This document shows, piece by piece, positions 18,485 to 26,760 of a stretch of DNA of 64,000 nucleotides. The notes below the pieces were generated by a model that saw only the letters and a list, made by a program, of their open reading frames with translations, did not search any database and was not told where the DNA came from. Position numbers and translations under genes: made by a program. The stretch spans positions 980 through 64,979 of the forward strand of contig SSMV01000169.1 in the NCBI GenBank assembly GCA_004799435.1, written 5' to 3'. Origin of the DNA: Bradyrhizobium sp. (GTDB lineage: Bacteria > Pseudomonadota > Alphaproteobacteria > Rhizobiales > Beijerinckiaceae). Each line of letters begins with the position of its first letter. Within the stretch, counting starts at the first letter, position 1.

Positions 18485-19984
18485 TCAATGAAGCTCGGTC
18501 TTGACGATATGGTCCGCGACGCGCAGCGCCTGCGCCGCAATCGTCAGCGAGGGATTGACCGCCGCCGAGGTCGGCAGACACGAAGCGTCGACGACGAAGA
18601 GATTGGGGTGATCCCAGGCGCGGCAGTAAGGATCGAGCGGCGATGTCGCGGGATCCGCGCCGATACGAATGGTGCCGCATTGATGTGACGGCGTGCGGCG
18701 ATCGAAGGGCCGCGTCAGAACGATCGGATAGCCCGCCGCGCGCAGCCGCTCTTTGAAGGCGTCGACGAGTTTCAGATGCGTCCCCCAGTTGCTGCGCTTC
18801 CAGTCAAGATGGATTTGGCCGCCGTTCACGGTGACGCGGCTCTCCGGATTGGGAAGGTCCTCGCTCATCGCGTACCAGTCGACCGCGCGCCGCGACAGCG
18901 GCGAGAGAAGCCATTCCGGAAAACGCCGCAGGTTCGCTTTCAGGATCGGCGCGCTCACGCGGCCAAGCAACTGGATATTGCCGAGCGGCGCGCCGCCATG
19001 TCCATCATCGAAGTAGAAGTCGTTGACGCCGAGCGTCTTCTGATAGATCGAGTCATTGACGGCTCTGGGGTCGATCGCCAGCATCGCGGTCGTATTGTGA
19101 TTCATGAAATGCCGCCCGACCATGCCTGATCGATTGGCGATGCCGCCGTCGCGCGAGGAGAGCAGAAGGACGGCGGAATTGACCGCGCCGGCCGACAGGA
19201 TGACGGTCTTGGCCACTATGCGCTTGCGTTCGCCGTCGATCGTCGCTTCGACGCCGGATATTCGTTTTCCGTCGGCGTCCAGCAACAGGCGTTCGACCTT
19301 GGCGCGCTCGCGCAATTCGACATTGGGATAGCGAAACGCCTCGGCGAGCCCGCAGCTTTCGGCGTCCATCTTGCCGAAGCCGGTATCGGGAAATGCGTCC
19401 CAGGGCGTCTTCGCCCGCGCCAGCCAGCGATCGATGTCGACCCCTAGGGGCAGCGAGAATGGGTGCAGGCCGACGCGCGTCATGCGCTCGCGCACAAGCG
19501 CGATCGCCGGCTCGTCGGGAACGGGCGGAAAGGGATAGGGCGCGGAATGGTCCGGCTCAGTGGGATCGCCGCCGAGCGCGCCATGCGCGCGATAGAGTCT
19601 TTCCGCACGACCATACCAGGGTTCGAGCTCGCCATATTCGAAGGGCCAGCCCGGCGTCGCGCCGTCAGGATAGTCGACCGGCCGGAAGTCCCGCGCCCGG
19701 TAGCGCAGCAGGACCGCGCCATAGAGTTTGGTGTTTCCCCCGACGTAATAATAATTGCCGGGATTGAAAGTTACGCCGGCGCCGTCGATCCAGGATTCCT
19801 GCGGCCGGTACACGCCGCGCTGGAATATGGCGCGCGCGTCGCGCGCGTCGGGAGAATCCGGCAAGCGCGAGCCGCGCTCGAGGATGAGGATTTTCGCGCC
19901 GGAGGGCGCCAATCCGGCCGCGCAGGTCGCGCCGCCCATTCCCGATCCGACGATCAGAATGTCAACCGTCTCAGGATCTGTCAT
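18485..19984 (-). CDS. Second GMC-family flavoprotein oxidoreductase (different subfamily)
   Basis: GSGMGG, VGGNTKLYGA, GRHFMNH, SHQCGTIRIG and PTSAAVNPSLTIAAQALRVA. Confidence 0.88.
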   Translation of the reverse strand: MTDPETVDILIVGSGMGGATCAAGLAPSGAKILILERGSRLPDSPDARDARAIFQRGVYRPQESWIDGAGVTFNPGNYYYVGGNTKLYGAVLLRYRARDFRPVDYPDGATPGWPFEYGELEPWYGRAERLYRAHGALGGDPTEPDHSAPYPFPPVPDEPAIALVRERMTRVGLHPFSLPLGVDIDRWLARAKTPWDAFPDTGFGKMDAESCGLAEAFRYPNVELRERAKVERLLLDADGKRISGVEATIDGERKRIVAKTVILSAGAVNSAVLLLSSRDGGIANRSGMVGRHFMNHNTTAMLAIDPRAVNDSIYQKTLGVNDFYFDDGHGGAPLGNIQLLGRVSAPILKANLRRFPEWLLSPLSRRAVDWYAMSEDLPNPESRVTVNGGQIHLDWKRSNWGTHLKLVDAFKERLRAAGYPIVLTRPFDRRTPSHQCGTIRIGADPATSPLDPYCRAWDHPNLFVVDASCLPTSAAVNPSLTIAAQALRVADHIVKTELH

Positions 19985-20007
19985 CGCGTCACTCGCCCGG
20001 CCCGCAA

Positions 20008-21120
20008 CTAGACCCGGCGGCTGGTCTGCGGATCGAACAGAACCGCCTTGTCGAGATTGAATGCGAAGGAGACATTTTGTCCCGGCCGCACGTCGGCGTC
20101 GGCGCGCATCCGCGCGGTGACTTCCTTGCCGGCGATCTTCGTCACCACGAAAGTGTCCGAGCCGGCCGGCTCGACGAGATCGACATGCGAGGCGAAAGTC
20201 GCGATGTTTTTCGACTTGCGGTCGGCGCTTTCCGGGTCGCTCACCGCCTCCGGGCGAATGCCAAGAATGACGATACCGCCGTCGCGCAGCTTCGTCGCGT
20301 CGGCGCTGTTCGGCGCCGGCAGGACGATCGGTTCCGCGCCGGGGCGGTCGACCACGATCGAAGCGGCGCCGTTGGTCTTCGACACTTTCGCCTCGATGAG
20401 ATTCATCGAGGGCGAGCCCATGAAATCGGCGACGAAGAGATTGGCCGGCGTGTTGTAAATCTCGTAGGGGCTGCCGACCTGTTGCAATTCGCCGTCCTTC
20501 AGCACGGCGATGCGGGTCGCGAGGGTCATCGCCTCGATCTGGTCATGCGTGACATAGACGATCGTCGTTCCGGTCTGGTGATGAAGCCGTTTGATCTCGA
20601 TGCGCATGTCGACGCGCAATTTGGCGTCGAGGTTGGAGAGCGGTTCGTCGAACAGGAACACGCGCGGTTGGCGCACCAGAGCCCGGCCCATGGCGACGCG
20701 CTGGCGCTGGCCGCCTGACAGCTGGCTCGGCCGCCGATTGAGCAAATGCTCGATTTGCAGCGTCTTGGCGACATCGGCCACCGCCTTGTCGCGCTCCGGC
20801 TTCGGCACGCCGCGCATTTCCATGCCGAAGGCCATGTTCTGCGCGACCGACATGTTGGGATAGAGCGCGTAGGACTGGAACACCATCGCGATGTCGCGCT
20901 TCGAGGGATGGAGATCGTTGATTACGTCGCCGTCGATGCTGATCTCGCCGGAGGTGATCGATTCCAGTCCGGCGATCATGTTGAGCAGGGTCGATTTGCC
21001 ACAGCCCGACGGCCCGACGAGAACGAGGAAGCCGCCCTTCTCCAGGGTCAGATCGATGCCCTTGATAATCTCCAGCGCGCCGAAGCGCTTGCGCAGAGCG
21101 TTGATCTCAAGAAAGGCCAT
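20008..21120 (-). CDS. Sugar ABC transporter ATP-binding protein (MalK/MsmK family)
   Basis: GPSGCGKST, LSGGQRQRVAMGR, FDEPLSNLDAKLR and a C-terminal TOBE/OB region. Confidence 0.96.
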   Translation of the reverse strand: MAFLEINALRKRFGALEIIKGIDLTLEKGGFLVLVGPSGCGKSTLLNMIAGLESITSGEISIDGDVINDLHPSKRDIAMVFQSYALYPNMSVAQNMAFGMEMRGVPKPERDKAVADVAKTLQIEHLLNRRPSQLSGGQRQRVAMGRALVRQPRVFLFDEPLSNLDAKLRVDMRIEIKRLHHQTGTTIVYVTHDQIEAMTLATRIAVLKDGELQQVGSPYEIYNTPANLFVADFMGSPSMNLIEAKVSKTNGAASIVVDRPGAEPIVLPAPNSADATKLRDGGIVILGIRPEAVSDPESADRKSKNIATFASHVDLVEPAGSDTFVVTKIAGKEVTARMRADADVRPGQNVSFAFNLDKAVLFDPQTSRRV

Positions 21121-21123
21121 GAT

Positions 21124-22071
21124 CTATCCCTTCACCGCGCCGGCCATCAGACCGCGCACGAAATAACGGCCGCCGACGATATAGACGAACAGCGTCGGCC
21201 CCGCGGCGATGATCGCTGCGGCCATATTGACATTATATTCAACGATGCCCGTCGAGGTGTTGACGAGATTGTTCAAGGCGACCGTCATCGGCGAGGAGTC
21301 GCCCGCCGCAAAAGTCGAGCCGAACAGAAAGTCGTTCCAGATGTTGGTGAACTGATAGATCACCGTCACGATGATGATCGGCGTCGAATTCGGCAGAAGG
21401 ATGCGACGAAAGATCTGAAAAAAACTCGCGCCGTCGATCTGCGCCGCCTTCACCAATTCGGTCGGAAACGCCTCGTAATAGTTGCGGAAGAACAGGGTGG
21501 TGAAGCCGAGGCCATAAATGACGTGGACGATCACCAGATTGACGGTCGGATTGCCGAAGCCGAAAGCGTAGCCCGTCGCATCGATCAGCGAATTGCCGAT
21601 CTCGCCGAGATAGCCGAGGATCACCGCCATCGGAATGATGACCGACTGGAACGGGATGAAGCAAGCAAACAGCATCATGCCGAAGACCAGTTTATGGCCG
21701 GGGAAGCGCCATTTGGTCAGCACGTAGCCGTTCAACGCGCCGAGCATGGTCGAGATCGCCACCGCCGGCACGACCATTTTGATCGAATTCCAGAAATAGC
21801 CGGCGATGCCGGCCGTGTCCGAAACGCCGATGCGCGCCTCGCCCCAGGCCTGCACCCAGGGGTCGAAAGTCAGGTGATGCGGCAGGGCGAACATATTGCC
21901 GCCGGTCACTTCGTCGAGCGGCTTCAGCGATGTCATCACCATGACGACAAGCGGAATGAGATAGACGAAAGCAAAGAGGAGCAGCAGGCCGTAAATCACC
22001 ACGCGGGTGAGATTGGAGTGGCGCGCCGGCTCGCGGGCAGGCGGCGACGTGATGAGATCGGCGGCGCTCAT
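21124..22071 (-). CDS. Carbohydrate ABC transporter permease (MalG-type)
   Basis: EAA loop ELVKAAQIDGAS and IWNDFLFG. Its ATG overlaps the upstream stop (ATGA); the ORF track over-extends it. Confidence 0.93.
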   Translation of the reverse strand: MSAADLITSPPAREPARHSNLTRVVIYGLLLLFAFVYLIPLVVMVMTSLKPLDEVTGGNMFALPHHLTFDPWVQAWGEARIGVSDTAGIAGYFWNSIKMVVPAVAISTMLGALNGYVLTKWRFPGHKLVFGMMLFACFIPFQSVIIPMAVILGYLGEIGNSLIDATGYAFGFGNPTVNLVIVHVIYGLGFTTLFFRNYYEAFPTELVKAAQIDGASFFQIFRRILLPNSTPIIIVTVIYQFTNIWNDFLFGSTFAAGDSSPMTVALNNLVNTSTGIVEYNVNMAAAIIAAGPTLFVYIVGGRYFVRGLMAGAVKG

Positions 22072-23018
22072 CGACCCTTCTCCCGAAGCTCGGAATAGAG
22101 ATAGGGCACCATGATCGCGGCGATGGTCATCAACATGATGACCGCGGCGGTCGAGCCGACCGCCATCTGATTGCGGGTGAAGGTGAAGGAATACATGAAG
22201 GTCGACGGCAACTCCGCCGCGCCGCCGGGATTCTTGCCGGTGACCGAGAGCACCAGATCGTAGGATTTGATCGCCATATGGGTGAGAATGATGATGGCGG
22301 ACAGAAAGACCGGCCGCATGATTGGGATAATGATGCGCCGGTAGGTCTGAAAGGCCGACGCGCCGTCGATCTGCGCGGCTTTGATGATTTCGCCGTCGAC
22401 GCCGCGAAGCCCGGCGAGGAACATCGCCATGACGAAACCGGACGTCTGCCAGATTCCGGCGATGGCGACGCAATAGATCATCATGCGCGGATTGACGACC
22501 CAATCGAAATGAAAACTCGTCCAGCCCCAGTCGTGCATGGCTTTCTCGAGCCCGATGCCCGGATCGAGAAACAGTTTCCAGGCCGTGCCGGTCACGATGA
22601 AGGACAGCGCGAGCGGATAGAGATAGATCGGCCTCAAGATGCCTTCGCCGCGGATCTTCTGATCGAGCAGGATCGCCAGCGTCAGGCCCAGCACCAGACA
22701 GAAAAAGACATAGAGGCCGCCGAACAGGCCCATGTTGACGATCGCCGTGTACCAGTTCGACGGCGGGTCGGATTGAAAGGTCCAGTCCCACAGGCGCCGG
22801 TAGTTCAGCAAGCCGACGAGATGCGTGCTCGCGAAGGCCTTGGAATTGGTGAAAGAGAGAAAGAACGTCCACAGGTTGAAGCCGTAGACGAAGACGAGCA
22901 CCAGAATGAAAGACGGCGCCAGGACGAGCTTCGGCAAAAGATTTTGCAGGCGCTGTCGCGCCAGTCCGCGACGAGCGCGAGTCGTTTTGACCACGGTCGG
23001 CGCCACACTTACGGTCAT
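22068..23018 (-). CDS. Carbohydrate ABC transporter permease (MalF-type)
   Basis: EAA loop EIIKAAQIDGAS and IWQTSGFVMAMFLAGL. Confidence 0.93.
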   Translation of the reverse strand: MTVSVAPTVVKTTRARRGLARQRLQNLLPKLVLAPSFILVLVFVYGFNLWTFFLSFTNSKAFASTHLVGLLNYRRLWDWTFQSDPPSNWYTAIVNMGLFGGLYVFFCLVLGLTLAILLDQKIRGEGILRPIYLYPLALSFIVTGTAWKLFLDPGIGLEKAMHDWGWTSFHFDWVVNPRMMIYCVAIAGIWQTSGFVMAMFLAGLRGVDGEIIKAAQIDGASAFQTYRRIIIPIMRPVFLSAIIILTHMAIKSYDLVLSVTGKNPGGAAELPSTFMYSFTFTRNQMAVGSTAAVIMLMTIAAIMVPYLYSELREKGR

Positions 23019-23053
23019 CGAACGGACCCGGCCTTATCTGAAACGGGGACGAA

Positions 23054-23080
23054 CCCTCCCTCGCGCAAGGCGAGGGAGGG
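23054..23080 (-). other. 11-bp GC stem-loop immediately downstream of the substrate-binding protein gene (mRNA stabiliser or partial terminator)
   Basis: ccctccctcgc-gcaag-gcgagggaggg is a perfect stem; the U-tract on the minus strand is weak. Confidence 0.65.
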
Positions 23081-23091
23081 CTTTTATCAGA

Positions 23092-24357
23092 TTATTTGGC
23101 GTTATTGAGCGCCTTGTCCAGCTCCGCAACGGCGGCGTCGGACGTCTTGATCTCGCCGTGGAAGAACTTCGTCACCACGTCGTGATAGGCGCCAGCGACC
23201 GCCGGCGGCTGCGCGTAGTTCTGCGCCATGGAGCCGACGAAGGTTCCGGCCGCGTTGGCGGCCTTGACGTCGGCGATGCCCTTCTTGCCGCACATGTCGA
23301 AGGCGGTGTCGGGAACATCCATACGCGCCGGCACCGAACCCTTGACGACGTTGAACGCCGACTGGAAGCTCGGGCTCATCGTCGCGTCGGCGAGCGCGAG
23401 CTGCGCGCCCTGGCGGTCGGCCGAGACCTTGAACATCGCGAACATGTCGGTGTTGTAGATCACGGAGCCGTCGGTGCCGGGGAAGCGATAGCAAAGGAAG
23501 TCTTTGCCCGCTTCCTTGTTGGCGGCGCGGAACTCGCCCTTCGCCCAGTCGCCCATCACCTGAACGAGCGCGTCGCCCTTGATCACCATGGCGGTCGCGA
23601 GGTTCCAATCGCGGCCGGCGTAGTTCGGGTCGACGTAATCGCGCAGCTTGGCGAGATTGTCGAAGGACTTCTTCATCGTGTCGGACTTCAGAGCGCCTTC
23701 GTCCAGGTCGACGAACGCCTTCTTGTAGAATTCGATGCCGCCGGTGGAGGCCACGACCGAATCGAAGAGGGTCGCTTCCTGCCACGGCTGGCCGCCGAGC
23801 GCGAGCGGGATGACCCCCGCCGCCTTCGCCTTGCCAAGCAGCGCAACGAAATCGTCGAAGTTCTTCGGCTCGGTTCCGCCGATCTTGTCCATCACGGACT
23901 TATTGATCCACACCCAGTTGACCGAATGGATGTTGACCGGAACCGCGTCCCACTTGCCGTCCGTTGTGGTGAACTTCTGCAGGGCCTGCGGAACGACCTT
24001 CGCCCAATCCTCCTTCTTGGCTAGCGACGAGATGTCGCCGAGCTTGCCGGCTTCCGCGTAGTCGACCGCGAAATAACCGAGGATCTGCGAGGCGGTGGGC
24101 GGATTGCCCGCCGCGACCATCGCCTTCAGGGCGGTCATCGCGCCTTCGCCGCCACCGCCGGCGATCGGCACGTCCTTCCAGGCGTAGCCTTCTTTGGCGA
24201 GATCCTGCTTGAGGACGTTCAGCGCGGCTGCTTCGCCGCCCGAAGTCCACCAATGCAGCATCTGGATTTCTTTGTCCTCAGCGGCAATGGCGCCTGAGGT
24301 CAGGCCGAGCGCTCCCGCGGTCATCACGCTCGCCATCAAAATCGAACGAAGTTTCAT
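23092..24357 (-). CDS. Sugar ABC transporter substrate-binding protein (glucose/mannose GtsA-like family)
   Basis: Signal peptide, QMLHWWTSGGEAAAL, VPVNIHSVNW, LALGGQPWQ, DWNLATAM and MGDWAKGEF. Confidence 0.92.
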   Translation of the reverse strand: MKLRSILMASVMTAGALGLTSGAIAAEDKEIQMLHWWTSGGEAAALNVLKQDLAKEGYAWKDVPIAGGGGEGAMTALKAMVAAGNPPTASQILGYFAVDYAEAGKLGDISSLAKKEDWAKVVPQALQKFTTTDGKWDAVPVNIHSVNWVWINKSVMDKIGGTEPKNFDDFVALLGKAKAAGVIPLALGGQPWQEATLFDSVVASTGGIEFYKKAFVDLDEGALKSDTMKKSFDNLAKLRDYVDPNYAGRDWNLATAMVIKGDALVQVMGDWAKGEFRAANKEAGKDFLCYRFPGTDGSVIYNTDMFAMFKVSADRQGAQLALADATMSPSFQSAFNVVKGSVPARMDVPDTAFDMCGKKGIADVKAANAAGTFVGSMAQNYAQPPAVAGAYHDVVTKFFHGEIKTSDAAVAELDKALNNAK

Positions 24358-24445
24358 GGGCTAACCTTCCTATTACGCTCCCTCCGCCGGATACGGCCCG
24401 GCTGCCGGATACAGGAGTCTTTGCCGACTCCCGATTGCTGCGATT

Positions 24446-25975
24446 TCAGGCTCCGCGTGGGAGCCACCAACTCGTTCTCGGACCGGTGTGGACGTGAAAC
24501 GTCTTTTCCTCGGTGTAGTCTTTCACCGCGTTGCGCCCCAATTCGCGGCCGACGCCCGACTGGCGATAGCCGCCGAACGGCAGTTCCGGCGTTCCGTCCA
24601 TGAATGTGTTCACCCAGATCGTGCCGGCGCGCACGCCGCGACCGACGCCGATGGCCGTGTCGACGTCGCGGCTCCAGACGCTGGCGGACAGGCCGTAGTC
24701 GGTGGCGTTGGCGAGCGCGATCGCTTCCTCGCGCGTATCGAAACTCAGCGTGACGACAACCGGGCCGAAGACTTCAGCGCGTGCGATCGCCATCGCCGCA
24801 GTCACCTTGTCGACGATTGTCGGCGCCATGAAAAACCCGCTCGACTCCAGCCTGCCGCCGCCCGCCCGAACCTGCGCGCCGTCGCGTTCGGCGGCAGTTA
24901 CGTGATCCTCGATCTTCCCGAGATGATCCGAAGTGATGATCGCGCCGACGCGCGTATCCGCATCGAGTGGGTCCCCGACCTTCACGCTCCTGGCGCGCGC
25001 CGCCAGACCTTCGATGAACTCATCGGCGATGCTCGAATGAAGAAGCAAGCGGGAGCCGGCATTGCAGCATTCGCCCGCGTTGAAATAGGCGCCGAACGTG
25101 GCGGCGTCGAGCGCCGCATCCATATCCGCGTCGGGAAAGATCAATTGCGGGTTCTTGCCGCCAAGCTCCATCGAGACTTTTTTCAATGTCGCGGCGCCCG
25201 CCGCGACGGCCGCGCGACCCACCCGCGTCGAACCGGTGAAGGAGATCATGTCGACCTCCGGATCGGCGGTGAGCGGCGCGCCGACCTCCGGCCCGTATCC
25301 CGTCACGACGTTGCAGACGCCTTCCGGCAGGCCGGCCTCGGCCAACAGGTTCATCAGATGCAGCGTCGAGGCTGACGTCATCTCGCTCGGCTTCACGACG
25401 CATGTGCAGCCTGCGGCGAGCGCGAAAGGCAGCTTTTGCGACACGATCAGAAACGGGAAATTCCACGGCGTGATGATCGAGACGACGCCGATCGGTTCCC
25501 TCAGCACCACGCCCAACCGGTCGGCGCCGAGATTTGCGTAGCTTTCGCCCGAAAGCTCTCTCGCCAATGAAGCGGCGTAACGCCAGATGTCCGCGGCGCC
25601 TTCGATTTCGCCGCGCGCCTGAGCGAGCGGCTTTCCCGACTCCAAAGTGTCGAGAATTGCGATCAGTTCACGATCGCGGTCGATCAGATCGGCCGTCTTC
25701 AGGAGAAGACGCGCGCGGTTGGACGCCGTCTCGCGCGGCCACGGTCCATTGTCAAAGGCGAGGCGCGCAGCGGCGATGGCGGCGCGCGCATCCTCCGCGC
25801 GACCGCGCGGGATGCGCGTCACGACGACCCCATGCGCCGGGCTCGATCGCTCGATCATCTCGCCGTCGCCGCCAACCGCGCGACCCGCGATGCTCATCGC
25901 GCGATCGCGCGGAAAGCGCGCGAGCGCGTCGTTCAGCTTCTTCGTGTCAACGGCGATGCGTGCGGGGGCGTTCAT
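24446..25975 (-). CDS. NAD(P)-dependent aldehyde dehydrogenase, L-sorbosone dehydrogenase (SNDH)-like
   Basis: ITPWNFP, FTGST, MELGGKN, catalytic GECCNAGSR and GGYRQSGVGRE. ERSSPAH..VTRIPR and the C-terminal GPRTSWW recall Gluconobacter SNDH. Confidence 0.9.
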   Translation of the reverse strand: MNAPARIAVDTKKLNDALARFPRDRAMSIAGRAVGGDGEMIERSSPAHGVVVTRIPRGRAEDARAAIAAARLAFDNGPWPRETASNRARLLLKTADLIDRDRELIAILDTLESGKPLAQARGEIEGAADIWRYAASLARELSGESYANLGADRLGVVLREPIGVVSIITPWNFPFLIVSQKLPFALAAGCTCVVKPSEMTSASTLHLMNLLAEAGLPEGVCNVVTGYGPEVGAPLTADPEVDMISFTGSTRVGRAAVAAGAATLKKVSMELGGKNPQLIFPDADMDAALDAATFGAYFNAGECCNAGSRLLLHSSIADEFIEGLAARARSVKVGDPLDADTRVGAIITSDHLGKIEDHVTAAERDGAQVRAGGGRLESSGFFMAPTIVDKVTAAMAIARAEVFGPVVVTLSFDTREEAIALANATDYGLSASVWSRDVDTAIGVGRGVRAGTIWVNTFMDGTPELPFGGYRQSGVGRELGRNAVKDYTEEKTFHVHTGPRTSWWLPRGA

Positions 25976-25986
25976 GGTCCTCGGTC

Positions 25987-26760
25987 CTATCGGCCGCTGA
26001 AAACTGGCGCGCGCTTGGCGCGGAAAGCCGCTCGGCCTTCAGCCAGATCTTCGGTGTAAGCCGTAAGCGCGCCTGCGAGCCCCTCGATCGGAGCATCCCG
26101 ATCCTCCCCTTCGGCCGCATTGATCATCGACTTGATCATTTGAACTGCGAGCGGCCCACGCTTGGCTATATCTGCAGCAAGAACGTGCGCGCGAGAAGCC
26201 CCTTTGCCTTTTGCCACGACTTCATCGACGAGTCCGAGCGTTAGAGCTTCCTCCGCCGTGAAGACTGCGCCGGCCAGCGCCATTCGTCTTACAATAGAGG
26301 CGCCGAAGCGACGCACGAGTCTCTGCGTGCCCGACCAGCCCGGCGCCATGCCCAATCCCGATTCAGGAAGACCGAGTTTGACGCCGCTCTCGGCGATGCG
26401 AATGTCGCCAACAGCGGCAAGTTCCAGGCCTCCGCCCAAGGCGTGACCTGCCAGCACGACGATCAACGGCACGCGAAGACGCGCCAGGGCTTCCAGAGCG
26501 CGGTGTCCGGCGCGCGTCCAGTCGCGCCACATTTCCAAAGGCGGCAGATCGCCCCAAGCCGCGATGTCGCCGCCCGCGCAAAAGGCCTTGCCCTCGCCCG
26601 ACAGGATCGCCACTCGCATGTCAGTGGACGCGTCGATCGCCCGCGCGCTTTCCAAAAGAGCGTCGATCATCGATCGGTCGAGCGCGTTCAGCTTGTCCGG
26701 TCGCTTCAGCGTCAGGAACGCGCAAGGGCCTTCGAAACGCAATTCGACAAAGGCATTCAT
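25987..26760 (-). CDS. Enoyl-CoA hydratase/isomerase (crotonase) family protein
   Basis: RPDKLNAL, AFCAGGDI, GHALGGGLEL, LGLPESGLG and WSGTQRLVR; both catalytic-type Glu positions are present. Confidence 0.92.
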   Translation of the reverse strand: MNAFVELRFEGPCAFLTLKRPDKLNALDRSMIDALLESARAIDASTDMRVAILSGEGKAFCAGGDIAAWGDLPPLEMWRDWTRAGHRALEALARLRVPLIVVLAGHALGGGLELAAVGDIRIAESGVKLGLPESGLGMAPGWSGTQRLVRRFGASIVRRMALAGAVFTAEEALTLGLVDEVVAKGKGASRAHVLAADIAKRGPLAVQMIKSMINAAEGEDRDAPIEGLAGALTAYTEDLAEGRAAFRAKRAPVFSGR

